NCBI RefSeq assembly: GCF_004010195.1
Contig: NC_057719.1
Location: 79,411,261 to 79,459,502, forward strand
Length of the DNA: 48,242 nucleotides
DNA from: Chiloscyllium plagiosum
Taxonomy: Eukaryota
Direction: 5' to 3'
The notes under the pieces were generated by a model. It made no database searches. It saw only the letters and a program-made list of their open reading frames with translations, and was not told the DNA's origin. Position 1 is the first letter of the stretch. The number at the start of each line of letters is the position of its first letter. Made by a program: the position numbers and the translations under genes. Of this stretch, positions 37,040 through 47,677 are shown piece after piece.

Positions 37040-37045
37040 TTTATT
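37040..37045 (-). promoter_or_regulatory. Candidate SRP14 polyadenylation signal (AATAAA on - strand)
   Basis: tttatt on the + strand, about 860 nt past the SRP14 stop codon. Confidence 0.5.
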
Positions 37046-37902
37046 GTAGTTTTATACACCGCTCTGCAACAATCAACAAATAATCCAAGTTGGAAACAAA
37101 AATCAGCTCCAGCTGGTCAGTAATCAGTAAAAGATAGATCTTGCTGCCTCTTTCATATGTTTGGCCAAAAGATGCATCTTTCTCTGATTTCAGTAAACAC
37201 TATGTGGAACATCAGTTTTCTTTGTGACAAACAGGGAAAGGAAGAGGATGATCGTGTCTTCACATTAAAGGCAGTGACACCCACCCCCCCGTGATTCATT
37301 TCACAAAGGGCTTGGTCTCATTACGGAATATGCAGAGATCTCCTCAGCATCTGCTGGAATGACCAGGATTGCAGGTTTGCGGCCAGGGTCAAGCTGAATG
37401 GGCACATAGGCACAAAATTATCAATTGTCATGGAGTCAAATTATCCAGTGAAATCCAGTCCACATCACTGATAGCGTTTTTTTTTAAAAAGGTGGTTGGT
37501 TCTAAGAGACAGGAGAAATATATCCTAAACTTCCAGGACGCACCGGTGGAAAACCTGCAAAATCCTAGCAACGGTTGTTTTTTTTGGGTCATGTCCTGCA
37601 ACACTTTGCAATAAATCAGCCAAAACCTGAATAAGATGACTCGCCGCCACGGATACAGCTATCAGACACTTCTGTGGGCAAGATGCATTTCCACTGAGGT
37701 CTCTGCAGAAATACGAGTTTCTTTTCCTCTCCTCTCACCCCCACTCCCAGTTCCTCCACATCTCCACGCAATTGATGTCTATTCAAAAACTAAAACAAAG
37801 AAACTGAAGTTGATTGCAGCCAACCGGGCCTTAGGTGTGGGAATAGCCAAAGCTGTCTCCTTCAATGGAAGCTAGCCCGCCATTGCCATGACAACAGTTC
37901 AG

Positions 37903-37992
37903 TCACTGTGTGGCCTTGGTCTTCTTACTTTTGCTTCTCTTGTCTTTCTTTTTTAAGCCATCCATGTGTGCCCGCAGCAGGTTTGAGTATGC
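37903..37992 (-). CDS. SRP14: SRP14 exon 5 (last coding): AYSNLLRAHMDGLKKKDKRSKSKKTKATQ*
   Basis: Minus strand gcttttag|GCA ... CAG TGA. Matches the SRP14 C-terminus. Exons 2-5 give 102 aa; about 8 N-terminal residues are expected outside the window. Confidence 0.96.
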   Translation of the reverse strand, partial: AYSNLLRAHMDGLKKKDKRSKSKKTKATQ

Positions 37993-38356
37993 CTAAAAGC
38001 CCAAGAGAATTCAAACAGAAGCCTTTAAGGCGAGTTATGCTGGGCAATGTCGACATAAGGTAAAAGACAGTATCTAACCCTTCTACCTGAACAAAATCAT
38101 TACGGATGTAGAAAACTAAGCAGTCAGAATGAATTTGGCTTGACCGATGGTTTCCCCAAACCCAATGACAACTCTGGTCTGATTCCCAAGTAAGCCTTAT
38201 ATCTGGAATTCTTTTAAAAGGTTGTTTCCAAAGCTACACCAAATCGATAATAGAATAGAACTGAAGACTGCCATTTACCTAACAACATTTACCATGTTCC
38301 AAATTCTTTTAAACACCAGTAGTACCTCATTGGCTGTGGTCTCTGGAGGTAAGCTC

Positions 38357-38390
38357 TTCCTGATGAAGAGCTTATGCTCGAAACGTCGAC
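38357..38390 (+). ncRNA. Minimal type I hammerhead ribozyme motif in a short Penelope-like remnant (about 38350-38433)
   Basis: UUC CUGAUGA A GAGC UUAU GCUC GAAA C GUC GAC, followed by gctgcctgacctgctg as in the 9130-9178 repeat. Confidence 0.68.
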
Positions 38391-38639
38391 GCTGCCTGAC
38401 CTGCTGTGCTTTTCAGTGCTACACCTTTTGACTAGGAAATGCTGCAGAGAAAGCTCCCAAAACCAAATGCAACAATGACCAAATCCGGTGCCTCAGTGAT
38501 GTTGGTCAAAACATAAATATCAGCCAGGACATAAAGAAACATTGAGTGGAGGGGTCTCAGTTTAACATTTGATCATGAGATGCTACATTAACAATTCCTC
38601 TATAATACTTCAGCAGGAGGGTCAGTGTAGCTTCTGTTA

Positions 38640-39235
38640 TAGAGTCATAAAGATGCACAGCACGGAAACAGACCTTTTGGTCCAACTCATCCATACTGAC
38701 CAGATATCCTAAATTAATCCAATCCAATTTGCTAGCATTTGGCCCATATCCCTCTAAACCCTTCCTATTCAATTACCCCTCCAGATGCCTTGAAATGTTG
38801 TAATTGTACCAGCCTCTAGTAGCTCATTGCACACACGCACCACTCTCTGCATGAAAAAGTTGCCCCTAGGGTCTCTTTTAAATCTTTCCCCTCTCACCTT
38901 AAAGCTATGCCCTCTGGTTTTGGACTGCCCCATCCTAGGGAGAGGTCCTTGGCTATTCACTCTATCCACGGCCCTCATGATTTTATAAACCTCCAGAAGG
39001 TAACCCCTCAGCCTCCAATGCTGCAGGGAAAATATCTCCAGCCTATTCAGCCTCTCCCTGTAGCTCAAACCCTCCAACCCTGATAACACTTTTGTAAATC
39101 TCTTCTGAACCATTTCAAGTTTCACAACATCCTTCCCATAGCAGGGAGACCAGAAATGAATGCAGTATTCCAAAAGTGGTCTAACCAATGTCCTCCCAAT
39201 ACAACATGACCTCCCAACTCCTACATTCAATGTAC
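38640..39235 (-). mobile_element. CR1-clade LINE 3' fragment in SRP14 intron 4
   Basis: ORF 38769..39320 contains RTLVRPLLEYCIHFWSP...RVNSQG...TRGHSFKVRGERF. Same subfamily as 30670-31205, in the opposite orientation. Confidence 0.88.
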
Positions 39236-40372
39236 TTGAACTCTCAACTTTCCAGTGCCTGCAAAAGTGCCACCCGCAGAGTCTAGGCACTACAATCAAC
39301 ACAAATTGTGTTAGCTCCAATTCCTCACTGCATCAGCAATGGGAAATAGGCAGCAAATTAACCCTGCGAGAGCATCCCCCAGCAAGGGTGTACTTGAAGG
39401 TGTTGCTGCTTACCTATTTATCATTTTCAATAATGGGTCAACAGTGCTCCATGAGGTGGCTGTTCCAGCAGTTTATCTGATCTCACTGGCTACATTTAAA
39501 ACTTCTACATCGTGAATGAGATCAATCAGAGATCGTAATTAATAGACACCCATAAACTCTAAGTTCAAAGTTTGACCTCAACAGGAGCTAGGTATTTCTT
39601 TTATAGTAAAGCATGATGGGGAATAATATGGCCATTGATGTTTCACTTTGCTTCAAACCTGACCTTTCCAGTGCATTCCTGACAAGCCTCCGCCTTTATT
39701 CCTGCTGCCTGTATCCAACCTGGAATCACAGCCTGTTAACCCATCATCCCTGTATTCACTGAACACTTCAGACACTTGGTCAAGCATCAACCCTACCTTG
39801 TCATCAACTCCTCCAGCTCACAAGTATCCAAAACTGAACACAGATGGTTCTGAAATCACAAGTTTCTTTATTCAAAGTAGTAGGGGCTAGGAGCACACTG
39901 CCTGCAATAGTAGTAGACTCGCCAACATTGAGGGCATTCTAATGGTCATTGGATAAATATATGGACGAGAATGGAATGGTGTAGGTTAGATGGGCTTCAC
40001 AGGTCGGTACAACATCGAGGGAAGGGCCTGTACTACACTGTAATGTTCTAAATCTCCTCCCTAAACTTCCTCGCTTCCTCATCGTTCTCCTTTGAAGATG
40101 ATCCATATTACCACCTACCAACAGACCTTTGGTCACCTGTTTTAACATTTCTGTTTTTATCGCTGACTTTGAAACTTTCTAAATACGCTACGAAATTCAA
40201 GCTGTTTAATGCTGATGTAAATTGACAACATTTCATCTCATATTTGGATGGAAGGTTGCTACTATATTATTCTAAATGAGTATAAAACAAACAGGTAAAG
40301 GTTTGTGGTTTCTTTGGCCTTTCTTATTTTTCTATTCACTTCTGTAGTTGTGCCCATCTCCGAGAGGGCACA

Positions 40373-40403
40373 CTGACATCTAGTGGTGTGCAGTTGTACT
40401 GCA
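40373..40403 (-). promoter_or_regulatory. Candidate CTCF binding site with upstream motif
   Basis: Minus strand TGCAGTACAACTGCACA-CCACTAGATGTCAG. The core is one mismatch from CCASYAGRKGGCRS, and TGCAG sits 17 nt upstream. Confidence 0.55.
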
Positions 40404-41509
40404 CATTGTTCACCTTCCCAAGTAAACCAACATGAAAAATGTGAAGGGAAAATAAACACCCGGCATACAATCTCACCCTGATCAGGCGCCCATGATTACC
40501 GCCTGATCAGGAGCAGGCAGACAGCCTATTCATCGCATCCCTGCCTGGAGGGATCCTGACCCTGGGCATGAGCCAGCAAAGGTGAAAAGAAATGAAGATC
40601 TTGCTGTGTTTGTCTGCAAATGGTCTGACAAGCCCCAGTGTTGCCAGCTGAGTTGATAGTTTTAGTGCAGAGTTAGATAGTGAGGTACACCACATATGAA
40701 GCAGGATGTATTGACCTTTGAGGGGCTGCAGCTCAGATTTACTAGAATTATAGCATGAGCACAGGCTGCATAACCTTACTTCCTTGGGTTTAGATGCTTA
40801 CGTGACTAAAATGATTAAGCCGTTCAGCAGAAAAGGTAGGTACAAACTAGGGGCGGGAGCAGATCATTCAGACCCTTGAGCAGATTTGAATGTGGACTCA
40901 ATTCCACTCTCTACCTACCATTAGATTCTTGACTAACCAGGAAGGCAAGCTACTTTCGCCTTAAAAATATTCCATCATCCTACCTCTACTGCTCTGAGGA
41001 GGAGGAGTTCCACAGACCCATGACCCTCAGAATAAATTTCTCCTCAGCTCTGTTTTAAATGGGGGGGGGGGGGGGGGGTCCCTTATTTTTAAAGTCCATC
41101 CTCCAACAAGGGGAAATATCCTTTCTATATCTACCACATCAAGTGCCCTCAGGATCTGATATTTTAACAAACTGGTGAGCGAGGGGATCCAGAATAAGGG
41201 AACCACTGCCTCAAGGTGAAAGTGAGGCCGCTCAGGAGTAAAACAGGCAGCACTTCTCATACTCAAGGCAGGAGAAATCAGAAGTGCTCTTTAAAAGACT
41301 GTTGATGCTGGGGCAACAAAGTTTTGAAATCTTTAAAGGAGGAGAACTCGAGAGGAGACAGACAACCCTCCACGGCAGTGGCTCCCATCCTTTGTTAGAG
41401 CTAGTGCATTAGTTACATTAGTCTGTAAAGTTTGCTGTACTCGGGGTTCACACCAATAAAAGTTTCATTGTAATGGCATACATTGCACAGTGTAAGTTTA
41501 TAGACTTAC

Positions 41510-41542
41510 CATCTGAAACCTGTTCACTTCCTTCGAGCTTAT
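41510..41542 (-). CDS. SRP14: SRP14 exon 4: ISSKEVNRFQM
   Basis: Minus strand tttctttcag|ATA ... ATG|gtaagt; 33 nt, phase 0-0. Confidence 0.95.
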
Positions 41543-42304
41543 CTGAAAGAAATAAACAGTAATGAGTTAAATACTGAATGTAGAGGGTGCACTTTAACAC
41601 CACCTAAACGTAGGTTCAGTCTCGTCCATCCATGCACACAAACATTCTCCCGACATTGTTCAAAGCAAGCCCGAGAGAATAGACTCAAACTCTCTTGCCT
41701 AAAAGTTTGTGGATACTGGGAACTAATCTGTATTTTAAATTTAAAAAACATGGACATTAAATGTCACTTGGGAGTACAGAACTTAAACATTGCCGAAAAG
41801 ACAGACACAGTTTCCTTTACAAAAGGGACTAAAGGTAAGAATTCTCCCATTTAAGACAACAGAAGAGGAGAATTGCTGCCAGACGGTCATTAGTCTGTGG
41901 AATTCTCTTTCTCAGAGAGCAGTGGAAACTGGGTTATTGAAGGTAGAGTTTGTCAGATCTTTGATTTCCAAAGTAGAAGGGTATGGCAGGGGTAGACTGC
42001 AGTAGTAGAGGTCAGATATATGAAGGTAAATCAGACCAGCCGTGGACTTATGAAACAGTAAAGCAGGCTCAAGGAGCTAAATAACCTACTCCTTCGAATA
42101 TGCAGAATTCCAAAATTCAGATGATCACAACAACATACACTACAGGAGAAAAGATTCTGATTAGCTGGCAAGTTGATTTTGACTGGCCAAAGCAGGAACT
42201 GTCTGCTCTCCAAGCTCCTAGGGAAATCAAAAAAAAGCACACACGTTGATCATATTCTTTTTGTTTGCACAGAACACGTCACTGCCAATGAACTCAAGAC
42301 GACA

Positions 42305-42637
42305 ATTAGATTTGATTAGAATACCTACAGTGTGGAAACAAGCCCTTCGGCCCAACATGTCCACACCAACCCTCTGAAAAGTAACCCACCCAGCCCATTC
42401 CCCTAACCTGTAATTGCCCCTGACTAATGCACCTAACACCATGGGCAATTTAGCATAGCCGATCCACCTAACCTGCACATCTTTTGATTGTGGGAGAAAA
42501 CCAAAGCACCTGGAGGAAACCCACGCAGACGTGGGGAGAATGTGCAAACTCCACACAGTCACCAGAGGCTAGAATCAAACCTGGGTCCCTGGCGCTGTGA
42601 GACAGCATTGCTAACCATTGAGCCACTGTGCCACCCA
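42305..42637 (-). mobile_element. HE1-type SINE in SRP14 intron 3
   Basis: Reverse complement of the same head, core and tail. Confidence 0.85.
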
Positions 42638-42918
42638 AACTAAGGCAATAACTAAGACAATCAAACCAATTAACACCCGCAGAATAAACTGATCAGATTA
42701 TTTGAAATTTGGCATTCTCGCATTTGTACTGATGACTTCAAGACAAAAAGCTTCACTTGTCAGCAAGATTTAAACTCATCAGGGGATATGATTCAAATGT
42801 AGGTACATGGAGCTAAGATATAGATTTGCCACACTTTAGACTAGATGGACTGAGTGGCCTCCTTTTCCCATTTAGAAATTAGCTAAACTTCAGTGGTTAT
42901 TCTCCTCCTTTCACTTAC

Positions 42919-43031
42919 CACTGTGCTGATCTTCTTCTTCCCATCAGTTGCCCTCAGTAGACATTTATTGTCAGCAGGGTCAAAGGTGTCAGGGTTTCCT
43001 TTCCGTGGGACCGGCTTTGTCCGTCCATCAT
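42919..43031 (-). CDS. SRP14: SRP14 exon 3: (Y)DGRTKPVPRKGNPDTFDPADNKCLLRATDGKKKISTV
   Basis: Minus strand ttttctgtag|AT ... GTG|gtaagt; 113 nt, phase 1-0. Contains the SRP14 motif CLLRATDGKKKISTV. Confidence 0.96.
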
Positions 43032-45196
43032 CTACAGAAAAGCGTACATTAACCTCTGCCCAGTCTGTTCAATTCACCTACTCCAATTTATACCTTTCCC
43101 TATCTCTGTAATGTCTCAGGCTCTCAGAGATTGATTCCCTTCCACACCCTTGATTTCATCACTCCATCATTGGTGGCTCTAACTTCAGTTTCTTAGGCGC
43201 TGACCCCGAACTCCCATCTTTGAGGAGGCTCCTTACAATATGTCTATTTGACCAAATAGTTGGTCATCTGCTCTGATATCTCATGTGACACTCATGTAGT
43301 TGACAATATAATATACTTATACATCTCCTGTGACATGCTTTGGGCCAGTTTTACTGCATTAATGACGCTACATAAACAAGTTATTGGTCTTGGGCAGATA
43401 TATGAAGGTAAATCTTCTTTGCACGCTTCTGATTTTTACTCATTCAAATGCTGGATAGGAAGACAGTACTTAGTTCATCTATCATGCTGACAGACCTCAG
43501 ACATAATAGTAATGTTCTCTCATCATACCAACCAGTCTGTTACTAGACTGCAACAAATCCAAGCTTAAGTGGACAGCTTTGGCAATCATAGATCTAAAAT
43601 TGTTTTTCTCTCTCAAGCCTGCTCTACATATGTCAAGTACCAAATTACTCAGTATATTACAAAAATTAGAGTTGCTAAAACAAGTCAAAATCATTTACAT
43701 TTTAATAAAGCATGACAGAGTACTGCAGAGCAACGAGGCTGATTAATCGAGAAGCAGACACAGCTACAGATTCTGATCTTGATCACTGCTTCCATTGTGT
43801 GAAGGACAGCAAATAGTAGGGATGGATAAACCGGGCTCTCTAGGAATCGGGGAAATTACCTAGGCTTTCCAGAATAAATAAGCCCCTTGGGGCCAAGTTG
43901 TCCTTTGTCTGTATTTATGCACCATACTGGCCTCCTGCCGATCCTTTTGCTTTAACCTTATCATATCCTGCAAATCCTTTCACCTCATATTTACTGAGCT
44001 TACCTTTAAGTACATTTATGATTCACCTCAACTACTTCAGTGGTGGCAAGTTTCACATTTTCATTACTAAGTAAACATGTTTCTCCTGAATTTCCTACTG
44101 GATTGATCAGTGGCTCTCCAACATGCACAGCTCCTCACTGTGGCCTCCCCAGCTGGAAATATATACACCTACCCTTTGGAAGCCTTTACGTAACTTTGAG
44201 ATTTGATTTAAGGTACCTTTCAGTTTTTTTTTTGAAAGAAGAAACAAAACCAAGCTCTACCCCAATACTCCTGTAACACAAACAATGCAGCCAGGATGTT
44301 GACAGGAAGTTCTCACAAACATCTGTTTTTAGCAAAGCGGATTGAACAGAAAGAGATGGACCTTTGAATCCCCTATCTCGCGCACACACAATGACCACAA
44401 AAGCCTTCTCTGCCCTTGCTCTCCCACTCCAGTGTCCTGTCCATAACTAATCATGCAGCATCTTAAGCAGGACTTCTCTTACCACTGATCTCCACCACCC
44501 AGAAAGACAAAGACAATATCACAGTAGGTTCCATAAGAAACTGTAACCAAGTCACTTCCTGGACTGAAAATCTAGTATGCTCCTTCATTGTTGCTGGGTC
44601 AAATTCCTTGAAGCAATCACCCTCACAGTCCTGTGGATATATTTACATGAATACAGTATATGCTGTCCTCATCCAGAGAATAAATCATCAATAATGTCCA
44701 GATACATCTTTTTGTTGCTGTCACTATACCTCTTCTCACTTTATACCATCATCACATTTTGTCATTTTCTGCTACCCTCCCCATGATCTCAGAGCTAGAT
44801 ATATACATGAAAAGGAAATAATTTCAGTATTATGAGGGGGACGTTGGACAACATTGGATAGCTCTTTCAGAGAACCAACACAGGTATAACAGGGTAAATG
44901 AGGTAAGACATTAGGCAACAACTAATTCAATTGTTATTTGCAATAGATCAGAAAGGGAGATGAATGGGAGTTAGTCACTTTCAATTAGCAGTGACGCTTA
45001 GCTCCCTGTTTCTGAAAAGGTTCCAGTGAATTCTAAATTGCAAAAAAGGAAAGCAAACTCAAAACCATAGGCCAGTCAACCAGACATGAGAGATTAGGAA
45101 AACGCAGAAATCCATTATGCAGAAGCTTATGGTACAGAGGAATCTTGCAAACAGATCAATAAAATTACAGTGCGTAATTGGACTGGAAATGGAATG

Positions 45197-45415
45197 GATA
45201 TAAGTTAGCTCACTGAGCTGGAAGGTTTGTTTTCAGACGTTTCGTCACCATATTAGGTAACGTCATCAGTGAAGCACTGGAGCTTCACCGGAGGCACACT
45301 GACAATGTTACCTAGTATGGTGACGAAATATCTGAAAACAAACCTTCCAGCTCAGCGAGCAAACATACATGCAGACCCCTCAACCTGAGCTACAAATCTT
45401 TGACAAACTCACGAA
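45197..45415. mobile_element. 219-bp inverted-repeat (Penelope-like) insertion with a 13-bp target-site duplication
   Basis: tggaaatggaatg at 45184-45196 and 45416-45428. The 64-bp inverted arms 45208-45271 and 45297-45360 match at 57/64 positions. Confidence 0.8.
45232..45273 (-). ncRNA. Minimal type I hammerhead ribozyme motif, sense to SRP14
   Basis: Minus strand: UUCA CUGAUGA C GUUACC UAAUAU GGUGAC GAAA C GUC UGAA. 6-bp stem II, 4-bp stem I, GUC cleavage triplet. Confidence 0.72.
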
Positions 45416-46099
45416 TGGAAATGGAATGTTGGTCTTTATTCTAAGAGTGACCAAGTGTTAAAATGGGGAGGATTTACCATTACAGTATAGGGCGTTGGTA
45501 TGACTGCACTCACAATTTGGTCTCCTTACTTAAGGAAGGGTATAATCCAATTGGATGCAATTCGGAGAAGGTTGTCTCAGCTGATTCCTGGGAAGTAGGA
45601 GCTGTTCGATGAGGAAAGGTTGAGGAGTGAGGGAGGGGAGAGTGAGGGAAGGAGACACACAGACAGACAGAGAGAAAGAAAGATAGAGAATGACTTTTGT
45701 CTTAGACAGCCATTACCGTTCAGGATTCTCTATACCAGGGTCATTGTGTTTTTCCAAAACTGAGCCAGACATATTTTTCCTCGACAGAGGGATCAACATG
45801 TCAGGCAGGAAGGTGAAGTTAGGGCAATAATCAGATGAGCTTTCAATCTAACTGAATAGTTGAGTAGGCTCAAGCTGCTGAATTCTGCTCCAATTTAGGA
45901 TCTCATTCACAAGGGCTCGGCTCCAACTTCATGAATAATGTGCTGCCCTGTGCAGTCACAACACCAATTAGAAATCCAGAACAAAGGAGTACAATCCAGA
46001 AGGAAGAGCTAAATGGTTCAGAAGAAAAATCAGCACGCATTTTTATACGAAGGGTAGCAATAGTAACGCTATTGAATGTTGAAAGGGACATGGTTAGAT

Positions 46100-46838
46100 T
46101 TCTCTGCTCAGAAAATGACCGAGCTTCCAGTTGCTTGCCATTACCAGGAATCACCATGATCCCTGAGAAACATGTCTATCTCAGGCCTGCTGCAGTGCTC
46201 CAGTGAGGCTCAGTGTAAGCTGGAAGAACAGTATCTCATTTTCCACTTGGGAACTAGACAGCCTTCAGGACTCAATATCAACAATTTAAAACTTGAAAAC
46301 CTTGTATGACCTATACTCACCCCCCTACCCTAGGTCCGGTCATGACAGGAGTTGTTTTCAGCACTGTAGCATTTTCACCTACTTACGGTCCCCATTACAG
46401 AGGAACCTTGATTATCTGACATTCGATTATCTGAATTTCGGATTATCCAAACAAGATCACAAGGTCCCGATGCTTGGCTACACTATGTTACTTGGCATTC
46501 GGTTAATCGAACAAAATAATCCCCGTCCGTGTCCTTTGGATAATGAAGGTTCCTATGTATTAGATTTTCTTGCTTCCTAGCTTACTATCATTCATTCCTT
46601 GGTCTCTGTGACTGTCATTCTCTCTCTCAGCTCCATTTCCGTCAACCTGTACACCTCCACACATCTTTCTTCAGCATATACAGCAGGTTTTTCCTAGTTA
46701 CTATCAATTCTAAAGAGGGATCACTGAACTCAAAACGTTAACTGCTTTCTCTCCACAGATGCTGCCAGACCTGCTGGGTTTCTCTAGTAATTTCTTTCTG
46801 TGATTTAGATTTCCAGCATCCACAGTTCTTTGTTTTAT
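46100..46838 (+). mobile_element. Penelope-like element 3' fragment with a decayed hammerhead
   Basis: MSISGLLQCSSEAQCKLEEQYLIFHLGTRQPSGLNIN parallels the 9440-9560 peptide. The terminal repeat is ctaaagag...caaaacgtt...gatgctgccagacctgctg. Confidence 0.75.
46398..46557. mobile_element. Tc1/mariner-pogo-type MITE nested in the Penelope-like fragment
   Basis: TA on both sides. TIRs cagaggaaccttgattatct and ggataatgaaggttcctatg match at 17/20. Confidence 0.75.
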
Positions 46839-47276
46839 TAATTTGGTTACGTTGTCTCTTGTTCAAGATGATGCAGGAATGGCACTTGTGTGATGCAAAT
46901 ATTAATTACATTTGCAGAAATTAATTACACAAGTGTATCAAAAGGGAAACAGTGCACGTACTGATCAGCCAGGAGCTCAAGTGAATGGTGGAGTAGGATT
47001 GAAGGGCTGAATGATCTATTCCATAGAGCTAATTAAAGGATATAACTTGCACCAATTTGTAAATACACCATTAGCATTTTTTTACAAAGTTAGACTCTAT
47101 AAGAAAACATCTCAAAACCCCAGAACCAGATTGGGGGCGTGGTTATTTACAGGGGCACAGCTGAATTCCCAGTTAAAGCCCACCATCAGCAAAATGAACA
47201 AACTGAACAAAATTAATATTCAAATTATGCTGAATTGTCTCAAACGCCCACAATACAAAATAAACCAGGAATGTAC

Positions 47277-47574
47277 ACAGCACTGCCCTCTGATGTGAAG
47301 GGCAGTGTTTGTCACTGGCCACCCGGGTGTTTTCCTATCTTCCTGGTGGTGGAAATTGAATAAAGATTTGTGCACCTTGTGTCTCTCACTGTGACTCACA
47401 CCTGCACACACACACACCATGGGTGCTGGGGAAAAAATAAGCACTACCGCACTTAGGTGGTAGTGTAGGGGTTTTTAAAAAAAAACAAAAAAAGAAGAAA
47501 AAAAGAAAAAAAAAGAAACGGAGATACGTTAGGGCCCGGGTGTCCTTGGAGAAGGTGCACGCGGTGTCGAAAAA
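47277..47574 (+). mobile_element. 5'-truncated poly(A) retro-insertion (L1/Tx1-like 3' end) with a 20-bp target-site duplication
   Basis: aaaataaaccaggaatgtac at 47257-47276 and 47575-47594. Contains an internal AATAAA, two stem-loops and two A-tails. Confidence 0.8.
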
Positions 47575-47604
47575 AAAATAAACCAGGAATGTACCAAGAC
47601 TCAC

Positions 47605-47677
47605 ATTTCTTCATGGTGAGGTATATACTTCCAGTGGTTCGGCATTTCTGGAAAAGCCGAGTCAGCTCAGTCAGGAA
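47605..47677 (-). CDS. SRP14: SRP14 exon 2: FLTELTRLFQKCRTTGSIYLTMKK(Y)
   Basis: Minus strand tttctttctgtag|TTC ... AAA T|gtgagt; 73 nt. Near-identical to the signal recognition particle 14 kDa protein. Confidence 0.96.

Noticed and set aside
28449..37900. Expected SPTB 3' exons opposite PLEKHG3, as in human
   Set aside because: No spectrin-like or PH-domain peptide was found by eye; the next minus-strand exons are SRP14.
47281..47307. CTGATG in a hairpin loop, suggesting another hammerhead
   Set aside because: It reads CTGATGT, not CTGANGA, and has no stem II or GAAA; it is a simple stem-loop.
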